From positions 7,346-71,345 of the forward strand of contig JAAVCL010000024.1 in the NCBI GenBank assembly GCA_014802335.1: a DNA stretch of 64,000 nucleotides, read 5' to 3'. A program made the translations under genes and the position numbers. A model generated the notes under the pieces. That model did not search any database. It saw nothing but the letters and a program-made list of their open reading frames with translations, and had not been told where the DNA came from. This DNA comes from Bacteroides sp. Lineage in GTDB: Bacteria; Bacteroidota; Bacteroidia; Bacteroidales; Muribaculaceae. Position 1 is the first letter of the stretch, and each line of letters begins with the position of its first letter. Positions 19,940 to 30,100 of this stretch are shown here, piece by piece.

Positions 19940-21850
19940 TCAAAATATCACTTTAGTGGCCTTCCCGTTTGCAATACGGATAAAGATGCCTTCGGAGGGA
20001 TTTTCTATACGATTTCCGAAAAGGTCTAAATAGAATATATTTGTATAGTTCTCACTTGAAAGGTTGAAGATTCCGCTGCCTTTAAACTCAATTTCAGGTG
20101 TCGGAGCAGACTCCCCTTCAGGGTAAACGACAGTTACTGAATAATTACCGTGCTCTGTGGGAGTGAAAGTGGTTCCCTGAATAGGCTCATCATTTACCTT
20201 CATTCCGTCCTTATAGATATTGCTGCCGATGACGTCCCGGCTCTTCATTGCGTACTCAAGATCGTCGATTAGTAGTGCATATCCTTCATCTGAAATGTGC
20301 CTCAGGGCAAGATAACGCACGTTTTCAGGGACATTCAGGTGATAATCTTCATAATCGGTTGATTCTATATCAATAGTTGATACCCGGCTAAAAGACGAGA
20401 TGTCTTTGTCGGAAGTGGAAACGAGAATCTCGATCTTTTCCGGAGAGTCCGGATCTGCAGCGGCCATTTTCAACGTAACTTGTTGAGCCTCTCCACTTAA
20501 TTCAGGGGTTATAAGCCAGTTATCGGCAGGTGAACCATCAGCATTACCCCAGAAAAGAAGAGTCTTATTTCCGGAAGTGGCTCTCATACTTTCTGTCGGC
20601 AAGGTAAAGTCGGCTACCGTGCAAGCCATAAGATGATAAAGATTCGGAACCAAAGTCTCCTCCCATTCCGGAGCAGCGAGAGTGGGTTTTCCGTCAGCAT
20701 CGATTACGGAGTAGAGACCGAGAGTACCGTGGTTGTCGTATGATTGAATATATACATCATAATCATATATTGGATGAAGGTCGTAGGCCACATATAGATT
20801 TCCATCGCTGAAAGATTCCAGATATTCGAAATCGTCAGTGAACCGATGACCCGAAGCGGGTATATTCCATGTAAGTATACCCTCTTCTGACTTTTCAAGC
20901 TTAGTAGCCGGCTGAAGGAATCCGCACGTAACATTGAAGGGCACTTCGATTGTGTTGTTTTCGAGATTACCATCTTCAGAAGAAGCATAGTCTCCAGCGA
21001 ACTCAAGGTTGAATGTCATGGTATGCTGACCTAAGGTGATTCCTTCAGGAAGAGTATATTGGAACTCCTGATGGTCATATCGGGTACCCCATGGCCCGCG
21101 ATCCGGAGACGTGCTTTCCCAAATCTGTACTCCATCAAGTTGGGCTGTCACTTTATAATTTGTACTGGTAAGTTGTCCGAAAGCTCCGACTTCTACAGCG
21201 ACAGTCATTTCATGTCCCGGTTGCGGGGAAGGAGAAATATAGGGACGAAGAAGACCGAAATCATATTTAGGTGTCAGCTTAAAAGATACTTGGTCGATAC
21301 AAAAGACACCTCCGCTTCCATCGAGTTTGAGTTTCCATCCAAAGCGTCCGGTCTGTCCTGTTCGAGTACCATATTTGGGCCAGCCGGAAACGCTGATTGA
21401 TGTCCAGTCGGGAGCCATATCATCGCTTCCCCAATCGTTAAGGTCATAGTCGGATTCCCATTCTTCATCGTTCCACTGAGATACGCCCTGAAGTGTGATA
21501 TTGGAATTTCGGAAATAGAACCATTCGAAAAGAGCGTCTCCCATCCCCTCGGTAACGGTGATAGCCGGAGTGGCGAGTATCACCTCCCCTGCATGATCGT
21601 TTTCCACAACGAGAAACCCCTTGTCTCGCACTGAAGCTGCATAGAGGCCGGTGTTTGGCTCATAATTTACGAGATGAACCGTAGGTAATTCTCCGCTTAG
21701 CTTGATAACCTCCCATTCCGGCCCGGAATAAGTCTGATTTGCGAAACTTTCCGAATATGGTGTGAAAACAGACGCCCGGGTAGAAGCCGATACGGATGGT
21801 ATGGTTACAGCGATGGCCAGAATAGTGAAAAATGGTAAAATATTTTTCAT
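19940..21850 (-). CDS. Secreted cleaved-adhesin (choice-of-anchor J) domain protein with T9SS-type tail
   Basis: Signal peptide; 'VIDADG', 'DNWLITPELSG', 'VRYLALRH', 'LLIDD'; C-term 'YLDLFGNRI...GIFIRIANGKATKVIF'. Confidence 0.7.
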   Translation of the reverse strand: MKNILPFFTILAIAVTIPSVSASTRASVFTPYSESFANQTYSGPEWEVIKLSGELPTVHLVNYEPNTGLYAASVRDKGFLVVENDHAGEVILATPAITVTEGMGDALFEWFYFRNSNITLQGVSQWNDEEWESDYDLNDWGSDDMAPDWTSISVSGWPKYGTRTGQTGRFGWKLKLDGSGGVFCIDQVSFKLTPKYDFGLLRPYISPSPQPGHEMTVAVEVGAFGQLTSTNYKVTAQLDGVQIWESTSPDRGPWGTRYDHQEFQYTLPEGITLGQHTMTFNLEFAGDYASSEDGNLENNTIEVPFNVTCGFLQPATKLEKSEEGILTWNIPASGHRFTDDFEYLESFSDGNLYVAYDLHPIYDYDVYIQSYDNHGTLGLYSVIDADGKPTLAAPEWEETLVPNLYHLMACTVADFTLPTESMRATSGNKTLLFWGNADGSPADNWLITPELSGEAQQVTLKMAAADPDSPEKIEILVSTSDKDISSFSRVSTIDIESTDYEDYHLNVPENVRYLALRHISDEGYALLIDDLEYAMKSRDVIGSNIYKDGMKVNDEPIQGTTFTPTEHGNYSVTVVYPEGESAPTPEIEFKGSGIFNLSSENYTNIFYLDLFGNRIENPSEGIFIRIANGKATKVIF

Positions 21851-21906
21851 GGAATACGAGTTAAAAAGTTGAGATTAAAAAGGTTAATTAAATGTGTCGG
21901 CAAGAC

Positions 21907-22115
21907 TCTCTAAGTAAGAGATTTGGATGAAAGATAACTATCTATAAATCAATACGTAGATAATTCCTCTTGTCTTGTTTTGCAAAACAAGCTGACTTTG
22001 GAAGGTGAAATTTATGCATATTATTTGCAATATGCAGAATTTTTGCTTCAGGAAAATTGCAATATAAGAATTTTTATTCTATATTTGTCGTTGTCAAGTA
22101 TCTCTTACTTAGAGA
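21907..22115. promoter_or_regulatory. Candidate invertible promoter segment flanked by perfect 16-bp inverted repeats
   Basis: TCTCTAAGTAAGAGAT (21907-21922) and ATCTCTTACTTAGAGA (22100-22115); internal ATTG-N20-TATATTTG (22056-22087) Bacteroidetes promoter on + strand. Confidence 0.6.
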
Positions 22116-22377
22116 TTTGGATACATTTGCAAGCTTTTATAGTCTGAAAGTGGAAACTATAAGTGACTGTAAAAGCTTTTATAACCAACAAAGCTGTCGG
22201 AAAGAGATAAGGGGTAGCTCTTTATGATAGGTTCAGTCATGATAGGTTCAGTTCCAATTCCAGCCCGGGGATCCGCGGGAGAACCGGATTTGCAGATTTA
22301 CTTCCGGAGGAAGCTTCTTCGCAAGTATCTTTAGTTTGGTTTAATGTTTGGGTTCAGAAAATTGCTTTGCTTAAAAA

Positions 22378-22393
22378 ATATGTTATACAACAT
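22378..22393. promoter_or_regulatory. Palindromic operator upstream of amylase 1
   Basis: ATATGTTATACAACAT, one mismatch to the perfect palindrome upstream of amylase 2; TAAATTTG -7 element follows at 22455-22462. Confidence 0.55.
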
Positions 22394-22563
22394 GTTTTAG
22401 GCCTTTTTCTGAATTTTATAGTCTGTTTGACACATTTTTATAGTCAAATTTTACTAAATTTGCACCTAATTTATAAAGTGTTTCAGGTGGTGACTCTGTT
22501 CCATTTTATTTATATGCAACTATTTTTATATTATTCATACTAACATCATTTATCTAAATCTCA

Positions 22564-25500
22564 ATGATTAAACTCAAAAAAATCGTGGCCGGAGCGCTTA
22601 TGGCAGCTACGGCTATGACTGCGGGAGCGGCTACTTTTGTGGGCGACCGCACGGATTTTCGCGATGAGACCATTTATTTCGCGATGACCACGCGATTCTA
22701 TGATGGCGACCCCACCAACAATGTGTTGTGCTGGGATGGCCAGGCAGACCAGATTGCCAACGGCGACCCCTGTTGGCGTGGTGATTTCAAAGGTCTTATC
22801 GAAAAATTACCTTACATCAAGGCTCTTGGTTTCACTGCAGTCTGGATCACTCCGATCGTGCAAAATGCATCCGGTTTCGACTATCATGGTTATCATGCTT
22901 CAGACTTCTCTCAAGTGGATTTGCGCTACAAGTCTAAAAAAGAATGGGGAGCTACTGAAGATGTAGATTTCAAAGATCTTATCGAGGCTGCTCATGAGCT
23001 CGATATGAAGATTGTTCTTGATATCGTGCTTCAGCACACCGGTAATTTCGGTGAGGAGCATCTTTGTAAACTTTTCGAGCGCAATCAGAACATCCGTAAT
23101 CAAGCTAAGATTGAGGCTTGTCTGATTCCCGATGAAGAAAAGCTGGGTGGTAAGTCTTATTGGGATCTCGACCCGGGTGAAGAACAATACCCCAAGCGTT
23201 TCCAATACATGAAGAATACCGGCGGGGTAAACCTCGATGATAAAAACTATTGGCATCACGTGGCCGACCAATGGAACTGGGACCTTCCCAACCGCTGGTG
23301 GGGTCAGATTGCCGGCGACTGCGTTGACTTGAATACGGAGAATCCCGCCGTGGTTGAATATATCATTTCTTGCTACGAGGAATTTATCAAACTCGGTGTA
23401 GACGCTTTCCGTATTGATACAACCGGTCATATCGCTCCGCTGACTTTCAACTCGTCGTTCATACCTAAGTTTATCGAGCTGGGTGAAAAATATAAAGGCG
23501 CTCGAAAAGGTACAACTCCTTTCTATATGTTCGGTGAGTGCTGTGCGCGCTATGGTCAGGTGATTTATCGTGACCAGCATGTGCTCTCAAGCCACTATTA
23601 CACCTGGAAGTCTGATCCCGCTCTGATTAGCGAATGGCAATCTTACACCGCTGATTGGTGGGCAAATCAGGTTGTGCCCGAAGGGGCTGCTCCGCTCGGC
23701 AATATGCTTACCTGCGAGAAAGACCCCGGCACTGTTCATAACTCGGACAATGTATTCATGTTGAATGGTGCATGGCACGAACCCGACTACTCGGATGCTT
23801 CCGGTTTTAATGTGATCGACTTTCCGATGCACTATAACTTCAACAGTGCTGCGCAAGCCGTGAATATTGCAAAAGAAGGCGACCATTATTATAATGACGC
23901 TTCATGGAATGTGGTATATGTGGACTCTCACGACTATTGTCCCGGCCCGAACGATGGAACTCGTTTCAGTGGCGGTACAGAACAGTGGGCCGAGAATCTC
24001 TCGCTCATGTTTACTTTCCGTGGTATTCCATGTATCTATTATGGCTCGGAAGTTGAGTTCCAGAAGGGTGTTAAAATTGATGAAGGCCCCCTCTTGGCGC
24101 TCGCTAATTCCGGCCGTGCATATTTCGGTGAATACGTGAAGGGTTCGGTTGACGTTGAGGATTTCGCTAAATTCTCTAATGCCACCGGAAACATGGCGGA
24201 AACTCTTAATGGTGATTTGTCGCAGCACATCATTCGTCTGAACCAGATCCGTGCTGCGGTGCCCGCGTTGCGTAAAGGTCAATACACATTCGATGACTGT
24301 GAGGCAGCCGGAGGTTTTGCATATAAAAGAGCCTACAAAGACTCTTATGCTTTGGTTGCATTGAACGGTGGCGCGACTTTCAACAATGTTCCCGCAGGAA
24401 CTTATGTTGATTTGGTGACCGGGAAATCTTATACTCCCGCAGGTGGTTCCATCACAGTAACCGCCCCCGGCACTCCGGGACAGCTCCGTGTCTTGGTTAA
24501 GGACTGGACAGGCGGAAAAGTGGGTGTTGACGGCAAGTTCATCTATGATACTACCCCCGTTTCACATGGTGGTGCCGTTCACTTCACCGATCCCGGAACT
24601 GACCAATACTATACTAACGACGATGTTATCGGTGATCCCGAGGTTGTGTTCAATCCCAAGGGTGGTTCTTTCAAGACAGAGACCATAACTGTTACAGCAT
24701 CTCTGAACTCAACTGCCGTTTCCGGTTCATTCCAGATCAATGGCGGTACAACAATCAATCTTACAGCCGGCGAATCTAAACAATTCACGCTGGGTGAGGG
24801 TATGAACTATGGCCAGATTGCAAAAGTCACCTGGACTGCAAGCAATGGCACGGAATCGTATGAAGGTTATGCAAACTACAAGAAGGTTGACCCCAATGCC
24901 GTAACAACTATTTATGTCACCGGCAAGGACGGTGCCGACATCTCGGGTACACGTCTTTATGCATGGAGCGGCTCTGTGAACCTTACAGGTGCATGGCCCG
25001 GCGTGGAACTTAAGGACAAGGTTACTGTCGGTGGTCGTGAATTCTACTATTACACTCTCGACACTTCGGATCCCGTAAATATCATTCTTAACAGAGGTAA
25101 TGGCCAGACCGGTGATATCACCGGCGTTGAAGGAAACGTCTATTTTGAATATGACGGTAACGCAATGGCAAATAAGATTGATGTGGAAGAAGGCCCCGTT
25201 AAGCCCGTGGTGCGTGCAAACCCCGCAAGTGGCAAGTCTTTCACCGAATCTCTTGAAGTGACTCTCTCGGTTTCGCCCGCTACTGATATCTTCTACACTC
25301 TCGACGGCACTCAGGCTTCAGAGTCAAGCACTAAATATACAGGCCCGATTACTCTGACTCAGACAACCACTATAAATACCTATGTCAAGAACGAAGCCGG
25401 TTTGAACAACCAGACTTTCTCTTACACCAAAGTTGAACAGGGCGACCTCGAAAGCGGTACGGTTGTCTATGTCACCGGCAAGAATGGTATGGATATTTCA

Positions 25501-26553
25501 GGTACATATATTCATGCTTGGACCACTGCAGGAAATCTTACTGGTGAATGGCCCGGTAAAAAACTGGAAGATACCATTGAAATCGGAGGTAAGACTTTCT
25601 ACTATTACGCTTTCCCGGATACAGACCTGCTGAATGTGATTTTCAACAAAGGTAACGGTCAGGCTCAGACCGCAAACTTAACAGGTCTTTCAGGAAAAGT
25701 TTACTTCGAATATGACAATGGTTCTAATGCAGAGGAAATTTCAGTAACCGAAGAACCTCAGGCCCCCGTGGTGCGTGCCAACCCTGCAAGCGGCACTCTC
25801 TTCCGCGAGTCACTCAGCGTAACTCTCACTGCTTATCCCGCAACTGATATTTACTACACTCTCAACGGTCAGCCTGCTTCAGCTTCAAGCATGAAGTATA
25901 CCGGCCCGATCACTCTCACCGAAACTTCAACTATCAACACATACGTTGTGAATGAAGCCGGAGAAAATCATCAGGCATTTACCTATACTAAGAGTGCTGT
26001 TGAAAATCCCGCCGACAACACCAAGACCGTATATTTCTTGAATAATGAAAATTGGGGCAACGTGTTTGCATATTGTTGGGATAACAACAATTCTGAAGCA
26101 AATGCCTTCTCCGGTGCATGGCCCGGCAAGGAATTGACTGAAACTGTTGTTCTCTCGAATGTGCATCCCGATGTCGACGGACAGCCAATCTATAAATTCT
26201 CTTTTGCATACGACGATGAGCTTGATGATCCTTACATTATCTTCAACACCACTGCACGCGTGCAAAGTGAAAATTATAAATTCATGCCTAACGGTATCTA
26301 TCGTCATGGTGACCCCGAAAACAGCGAACCGTTTGCATTCTATGTGACTGCAGTTAAGGGTCTGAAGGATATGGCAACCGTAACCGTATATTCGGAAGGT
26401 GGAAAACTTGTGGTTGAAGCTGACTCTGAATGTGTTGTGGAAGCAATAAGACTTGACGGCACTGTTCGCGAGCTCAGACTTATGCCGGGTTATAACTATT
26501 TCGAAATGCCCAAGGGATTCTATATCGTGGCCGGCAAAAAGGTAATTATCTGA
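22564..26553 (+). CDS. Secreted GH13 alpha-amylase with three CBM26-like starch-binding modules, FN3-associated repeats and T9SS-type tail
   Basis: 'DFRDETIYF', 'GDFKGLI', 'YHGY', catalytic 'FRIDT', 'FGE', 'DSHD'; three 'Y/HxW...WPG...IIF/LN' modules; two 'DIF/YYTLD/NG...KYTGPITL' repeats. Confidence 0.9.
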   Translation: MIKLKKIVAGALMAATAMTAGAATFVGDRTDFRDETIYFAMTTRFYDGDPTNNVLCWDGQADQIANGDPCWRGDFKGLIEKLPYIKALGFTAVWITPIVQNASGFDYHGYHASDFSQVDLRYKSKKEWGATEDVDFKDLIEAAHELDMKIVLDIVLQHTGNFGEEHLCKLFERNQNIRNQAKIEACLIPDEEKLGGKSYWDLDPGEEQYPKRFQYMKNTGGVNLDDKNYWHHVADQWNWDLPNRWWGQIAGDCVDLNTENPAVVEYIISCYEEFIKLGVDAFRIDTTGHIAPLTFNSSFIPKFIELGEKYKGARKGTTPFYMFGECCARYGQVIYRDQHVLSSHYYTWKSDPALISEWQSYTADWWANQVVPEGAAPLGNMLTCEKDPGTVHNSDNVFMLNGAWHEPDYSDASGFNVIDFPMHYNFNSAAQAVNIAKEGDHYYNDASWNVVYVDSHDYCPGPNDGTRFSGGTEQWAENLSLMFTFRGIPCIYYGSEVEFQKGVKIDEGPLLALANSGRAYFGEYVKGSVDVEDFAKFSNATGNMAETLNGDLSQHIIRLNQIRAAVPALRKGQYTFDDCEAAGGFAYKRAYKDSYALVALNGGATFNNVPAGTYVDLVTGKSYTPAGGSITVTAPGTPGQLRVLVKDWTGGKVGVDGKFIYDTTPVSHGGAVHFTDPGTDQYYTNDDVIGDPEVVFNPKGGSFKTETITVTASLNSTAVSGSFQINGGTTINLTAGESKQFTLGEGMNYGQIAKVTWTASNGTESYEGYANYKKVDPNAVTTIYVTGKDGADISGTRLYAWSGSVNLTGAWPGVELKDKVTVGGREFYYYTLDTSDPVNIILNRGNGQTGDITGVEGNVYFEYDGNAMANKIDVEEGPVKPVVRANPASGKSFTESLEVTLSVSPATDIFYTLDGTQASESSTKYTGPITLTQTTTINTYVKNEAGLNNQTFSYTKVEQGDLESGTVVYVTGKNGMDISGTYIHAWTTAGNLTGEWPGKKLEDTIEIGGKTFYYYAFPDTDLLNVIFNKGNGQAQTANLTGLSGKVYFEYDNGSNAEEISVTEEPQAPVVRANPASGTLFRESLSVTLTAYPATDIYYTLNGQPASASSMKYTGPITLTETSTINTYVVNEAGENHQAFTYTKSAVENPADNTKTVYFLNNENWGNVFAYCWDNNNSEANAFSGAWPGKELTETVVLSNVHPDVDGQPIYKFSFAYDDELDDPYIIFNTTARVQSENYKFMPNGIYRHGDPENSEPFAFYVTAVKGLKDMATVTVYSEGGKLVVEADSECVVEAIRLDGTVRELRLMPGYNYFEMPKGFYIVAGKKVII

Positions 26554-26605
26554 CCCCGGCAGCCCGGCTGTTAAGTCGGCGATACTCTACAAAAAGCAAA
26601 TACTT

Positions 26606-26640
26606 AAAAAGAGAAGTGTTAAATGCACTTCTCTTTTTTT
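26606..26640 (+). terminator. Intrinsic terminator after amylase 1
   Basis: AAAAAGAGAAGTG-TTAAATG-CACTTCTCTTTTTTT. Confidence 0.75.
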
Positions 26641-26641
26641 G

Positions 26642-27014
26642 TTAAGTAGCTCTTAGAAATTAGCTATGACTTATTTTCGAGGATTTTTTGAATGGATTTG
26701 GAATTGTGAAGAAGAAGTTTGGCGGGCTAAACGACTGATGAACAATTATAAAGCCATTAAAATTATCGGTAAGTGTAGGGACATGGCGTGCCATGTCTGG
26801 GTAAACACCATCGCTTTACCCCATCATAACAATCAGACGTGGCACGCCCTACATGTGCCGCTACATTACAATTCATTGCCGGGTGAGTGACGGGACACAT
26901 TGCCGGACGAGTGTAGGGACATGGCGTGCCATGTCTGGTAGATATCGGCAAGACCGAAAAGAAGCATAGCAATAATAATTACTTCAATAAAACTAATTTC
27001 TAAGAGTTACTTAA
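26642..27014. mobile_element. Non-coding element with 22-bp terminal inverted repeats enclosing a REP cluster
   Basis: TTAAGTAGCTCTTAGAAATTAG (26642-26663) vs CTAATTTCTAAGAGTTACTTAA (26993-27014), one mismatch. Confidence 0.55.
26775..26938. repeat. GTAG-family REP cluster (inverted doublet plus single unit)
   Basis: GTAGGGACATGGCGTGCCATGTC at 26775 and 26913; inverted, internally deleted copy 26836-26852. Confidence 0.8.
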
Positions 27015-27015
27015 A

Positions 27016-27033
27016 ATATGTTGTACAACATAT
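27016..27033. promoter_or_regulatory. Palindromic operator upstream of amylase 2
   Basis: Perfect 18-bp palindrome ATATGTTGTACAACATAT. Confidence 0.55.
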
Positions 27034-27122
27034 ATTTTTTGCTGGGTTTATTTTAATTTATAATTTTACACTTGAAAATATTATTTCAAACCTAATTAAC
27101 ACATCATTTATCTAACATTTCC

Positions 27123-30100
27123 ATGATTAATTTAAAGGGAATAGTGGCCGGAGCTGTTATGTCAGCAACGGCGCTATCGACTGGTGCAGCCACATTTATC
27201 GGTGACCGCACCGACTTTCGCGATGAGACAATCTACTTCGCGATGACAACGAGATTCTATGACGGCGACCATTCCAACAACACTTACTGCTGGGATGGTG
27301 TGTTGAATCAAAATGACCCCGAGTGGCGTGGCGATTTCAAGGGCCTCATTGAAAAACTCGATTATATCAAGGCTCTCGGCTTCACTGCGATCTGGATTAC
27401 TCCGGTTGTGGAAAACGCATCCGGCCTTGACTATCACGGTTATCATGCTTTCGACTTTAAGAAAGTTGACCCACGTTACGAAAGTCAGGACGTAACTTTC
27501 CAAACTCTTATTGATGCGGTTCATGCAAAGGGCATGAAGCTGATTCTCGACATTGTGCTTCAGCACACAGGTAACTTCGGTGAGGAATCATTATGCCCTA
27601 TGTTTGTGAAAGACTATTCGCAAAACATGAGCAACATCAACAAGTCGATGAAGCTTCACCCCAATTCAAAATTACCTTCAAACTACTATTCTCTTAAACC
27701 CGAAGACCAATACGGGCATCGTCTTGGCCTTATGAAGAATACCCGTGGTGAAAACCAGGATACTCATAACTATTGGCATCATTACGCTCACTTCAACTGG
27801 GACAATGCTACCCGTTGGTGGGGACAGATTGCGGGCGACTGCGTTGACCTCAACACCGAAAATCCCGCAACGTCAAATTATATCGTTGACTGCTATTCAA
27901 ACTTCATAAAGATGGGTGTTGACGGTTTCCGTATCGACACCTCCGGTCATATCGCCCGTCTTACTTTCAACAAAGCTTTCATCCCTCAGCTTCATGAGGC
28001 TGCGAAATCGCCCGAGGCTATTGCCAAGCGCGGCAACACTCCATTCTACATGTTCGGTGAAGTTTGCGCTCGTGCGGAAGAAGTTATATATCGCGACGGC
28101 GACTACAACTGTTCTCCTTGTTTCTACACTTGGAAAGAGGAAAAAGATTATCCCTGGGATTATAGCGAAACTTCTTGGGATAATGTAGTTGTGATGGAAG
28201 GCGAAACCGGCGATCACGTAAATGCAAATTCTGTTCTGCAGCAAGGTGAGGATTACACCGGTAAGTCTAAAATCAAACATAGCAACAATGCCTGGTTGGA
28301 TGGCAACGATTACCACACTCCGGACTATTCAATGAATTCCGGTTTCAATGTTATCGACTTCCCGATGCACTGGCGTTTCCACCGTGCTTCGAACGCTTTC
28401 GGAGTCCGCACTCAGGATGACTACTATAATGACGCAACTTGGAACGTAGTATATGTTGACGGACATGACTACGGTCCGAATAACTGGGACACCAAGAGCT
28501 TCGGCGGTACACTGAATGAATGGGCCGAAAACCTTTCCCTTATGTTCACCTTCCGCGGTATCCCCTGTATCTTCCAAGGATCTGAAACATATTTCCGTAA
28601 AGGTAACATCATCGACAAGGGTGCACTCGAACCTCTTAAGAATACCTCACGTGCATACTATGGCGGTTATCTCACCGGCTCTGTGAATACAACCGATTTC
28701 GGTGTTTACAGCAATGCCACCGGAAACCTCGCCGCCTCTCTGTCTCATCCTCTGGCTCTGCACTTGCAGCGCCTCAATAAAATTCGCGCCGCAGTTCCTG
28801 CTCTCCGCAAAGGTCAGTACTCCACCGAGGGTTGCTCGGGCAACATGGCTTTCAAACGTCGCTACAAAGATGCTAACGTTGACTCCTATGTGCTCGTAAC
28901 TGTTTCAGGTAACGCAACTTTCACAGGTGTGCTTAACGGTACATATAAGGATGCTATTACCGGGGATGTAAAGACTGTGACTAACGGTACACTCACTGCC
29001 GAATGTAATGGTCAGGGTAACCTTCGTGTTTACGTTCTTAACGGCCCCGGAAAAATCGGTGATGACGGTCAGTTCCTTTATGCTTCCGCTCCCGTAACCG
29101 CAACTCAACTTCCATACGACGGCAATGAGGAAGCCGGCGATACAGAAACCGTCCGCGATACTGAAGACTACGATCCCGGTCAGACCGCCCGTGTGTCTTT
29201 CTCTCCCAATGGTGGCGCTTTCCGCACTGAAACTCTTACCGTTACCGCAAAACTCGACAATGGCGCCTCATCCGGTTGGTTCAAGGTCGGTAACAATGCA
29301 AGCGTTTCTCTTTCAGGCAACGAATCAAAGAACTTCACTATAGGTGAAGGCATGAATTATGGCGATAATGTTACAGTGACCTGGGGCGCCGATGATTACA
29401 CCGGTTCGGTAGTATTTACAAAGGTTGACCCTGATGCCGTTACTACAATCTATGTAACCGGTAAGAATGACGCTGACATTTCAGGTACAAACCTGTATGC
29501 ATGGAACGGTGCTACCGAATATGCCGGTGCATGGCCCGGAACAGCTCTCACCAATACCGTTGAAATCGACGGTCGTTCGTTCTATTCATACACTCTTGAT
29601 ACTGCTGATCCTGTTAACATTATCTTTAGCAGGAACGGACAGCAGACAGATGACATAAAAGGTGTTTCCGGCGATGTCTACTATGAATACGACGGTGCTT
29701 CAAACGCAGAAAAAATTGATGTTGTGGTTGGTCCGAAAGCACCGGTGGTTCATGCAAATCCCGCAAGCGGCACCACATTCACCTCAACTCTTCAGGTGGC
29801 TCTCACTGTCTCTCCCGCTGTGGATATCTACTATACTCTCAACGGTCAGCCCGCTTCGGCTTCAAGTACAAAATACACCGGCCCGATTACTCTGACCGAG
29901 ACCACCACTATCAACACTTATGCCAAGAATGAAGTGGGTGAGAAGAACCAGTCGTTCACTTATACAAAGGTTGACAAGCCTGATACCGACAGCATGACAG
30001 TTTACTTCCTGGATAGCGCTAACTGGGGCAATGTAAATGCATATTGTTGGGATGACGAACATAAAGAATCAACCGCGTTCTCGGGTGCTTGGCCCGGTAA

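Noticed and set aside
26666-26972. Short ORFs 26666-26890 and 26763-26972 (also 58615-58944 and 62154-62375)
   Set aside because: Translations of REP repeats; the frame is broken in the sister copy
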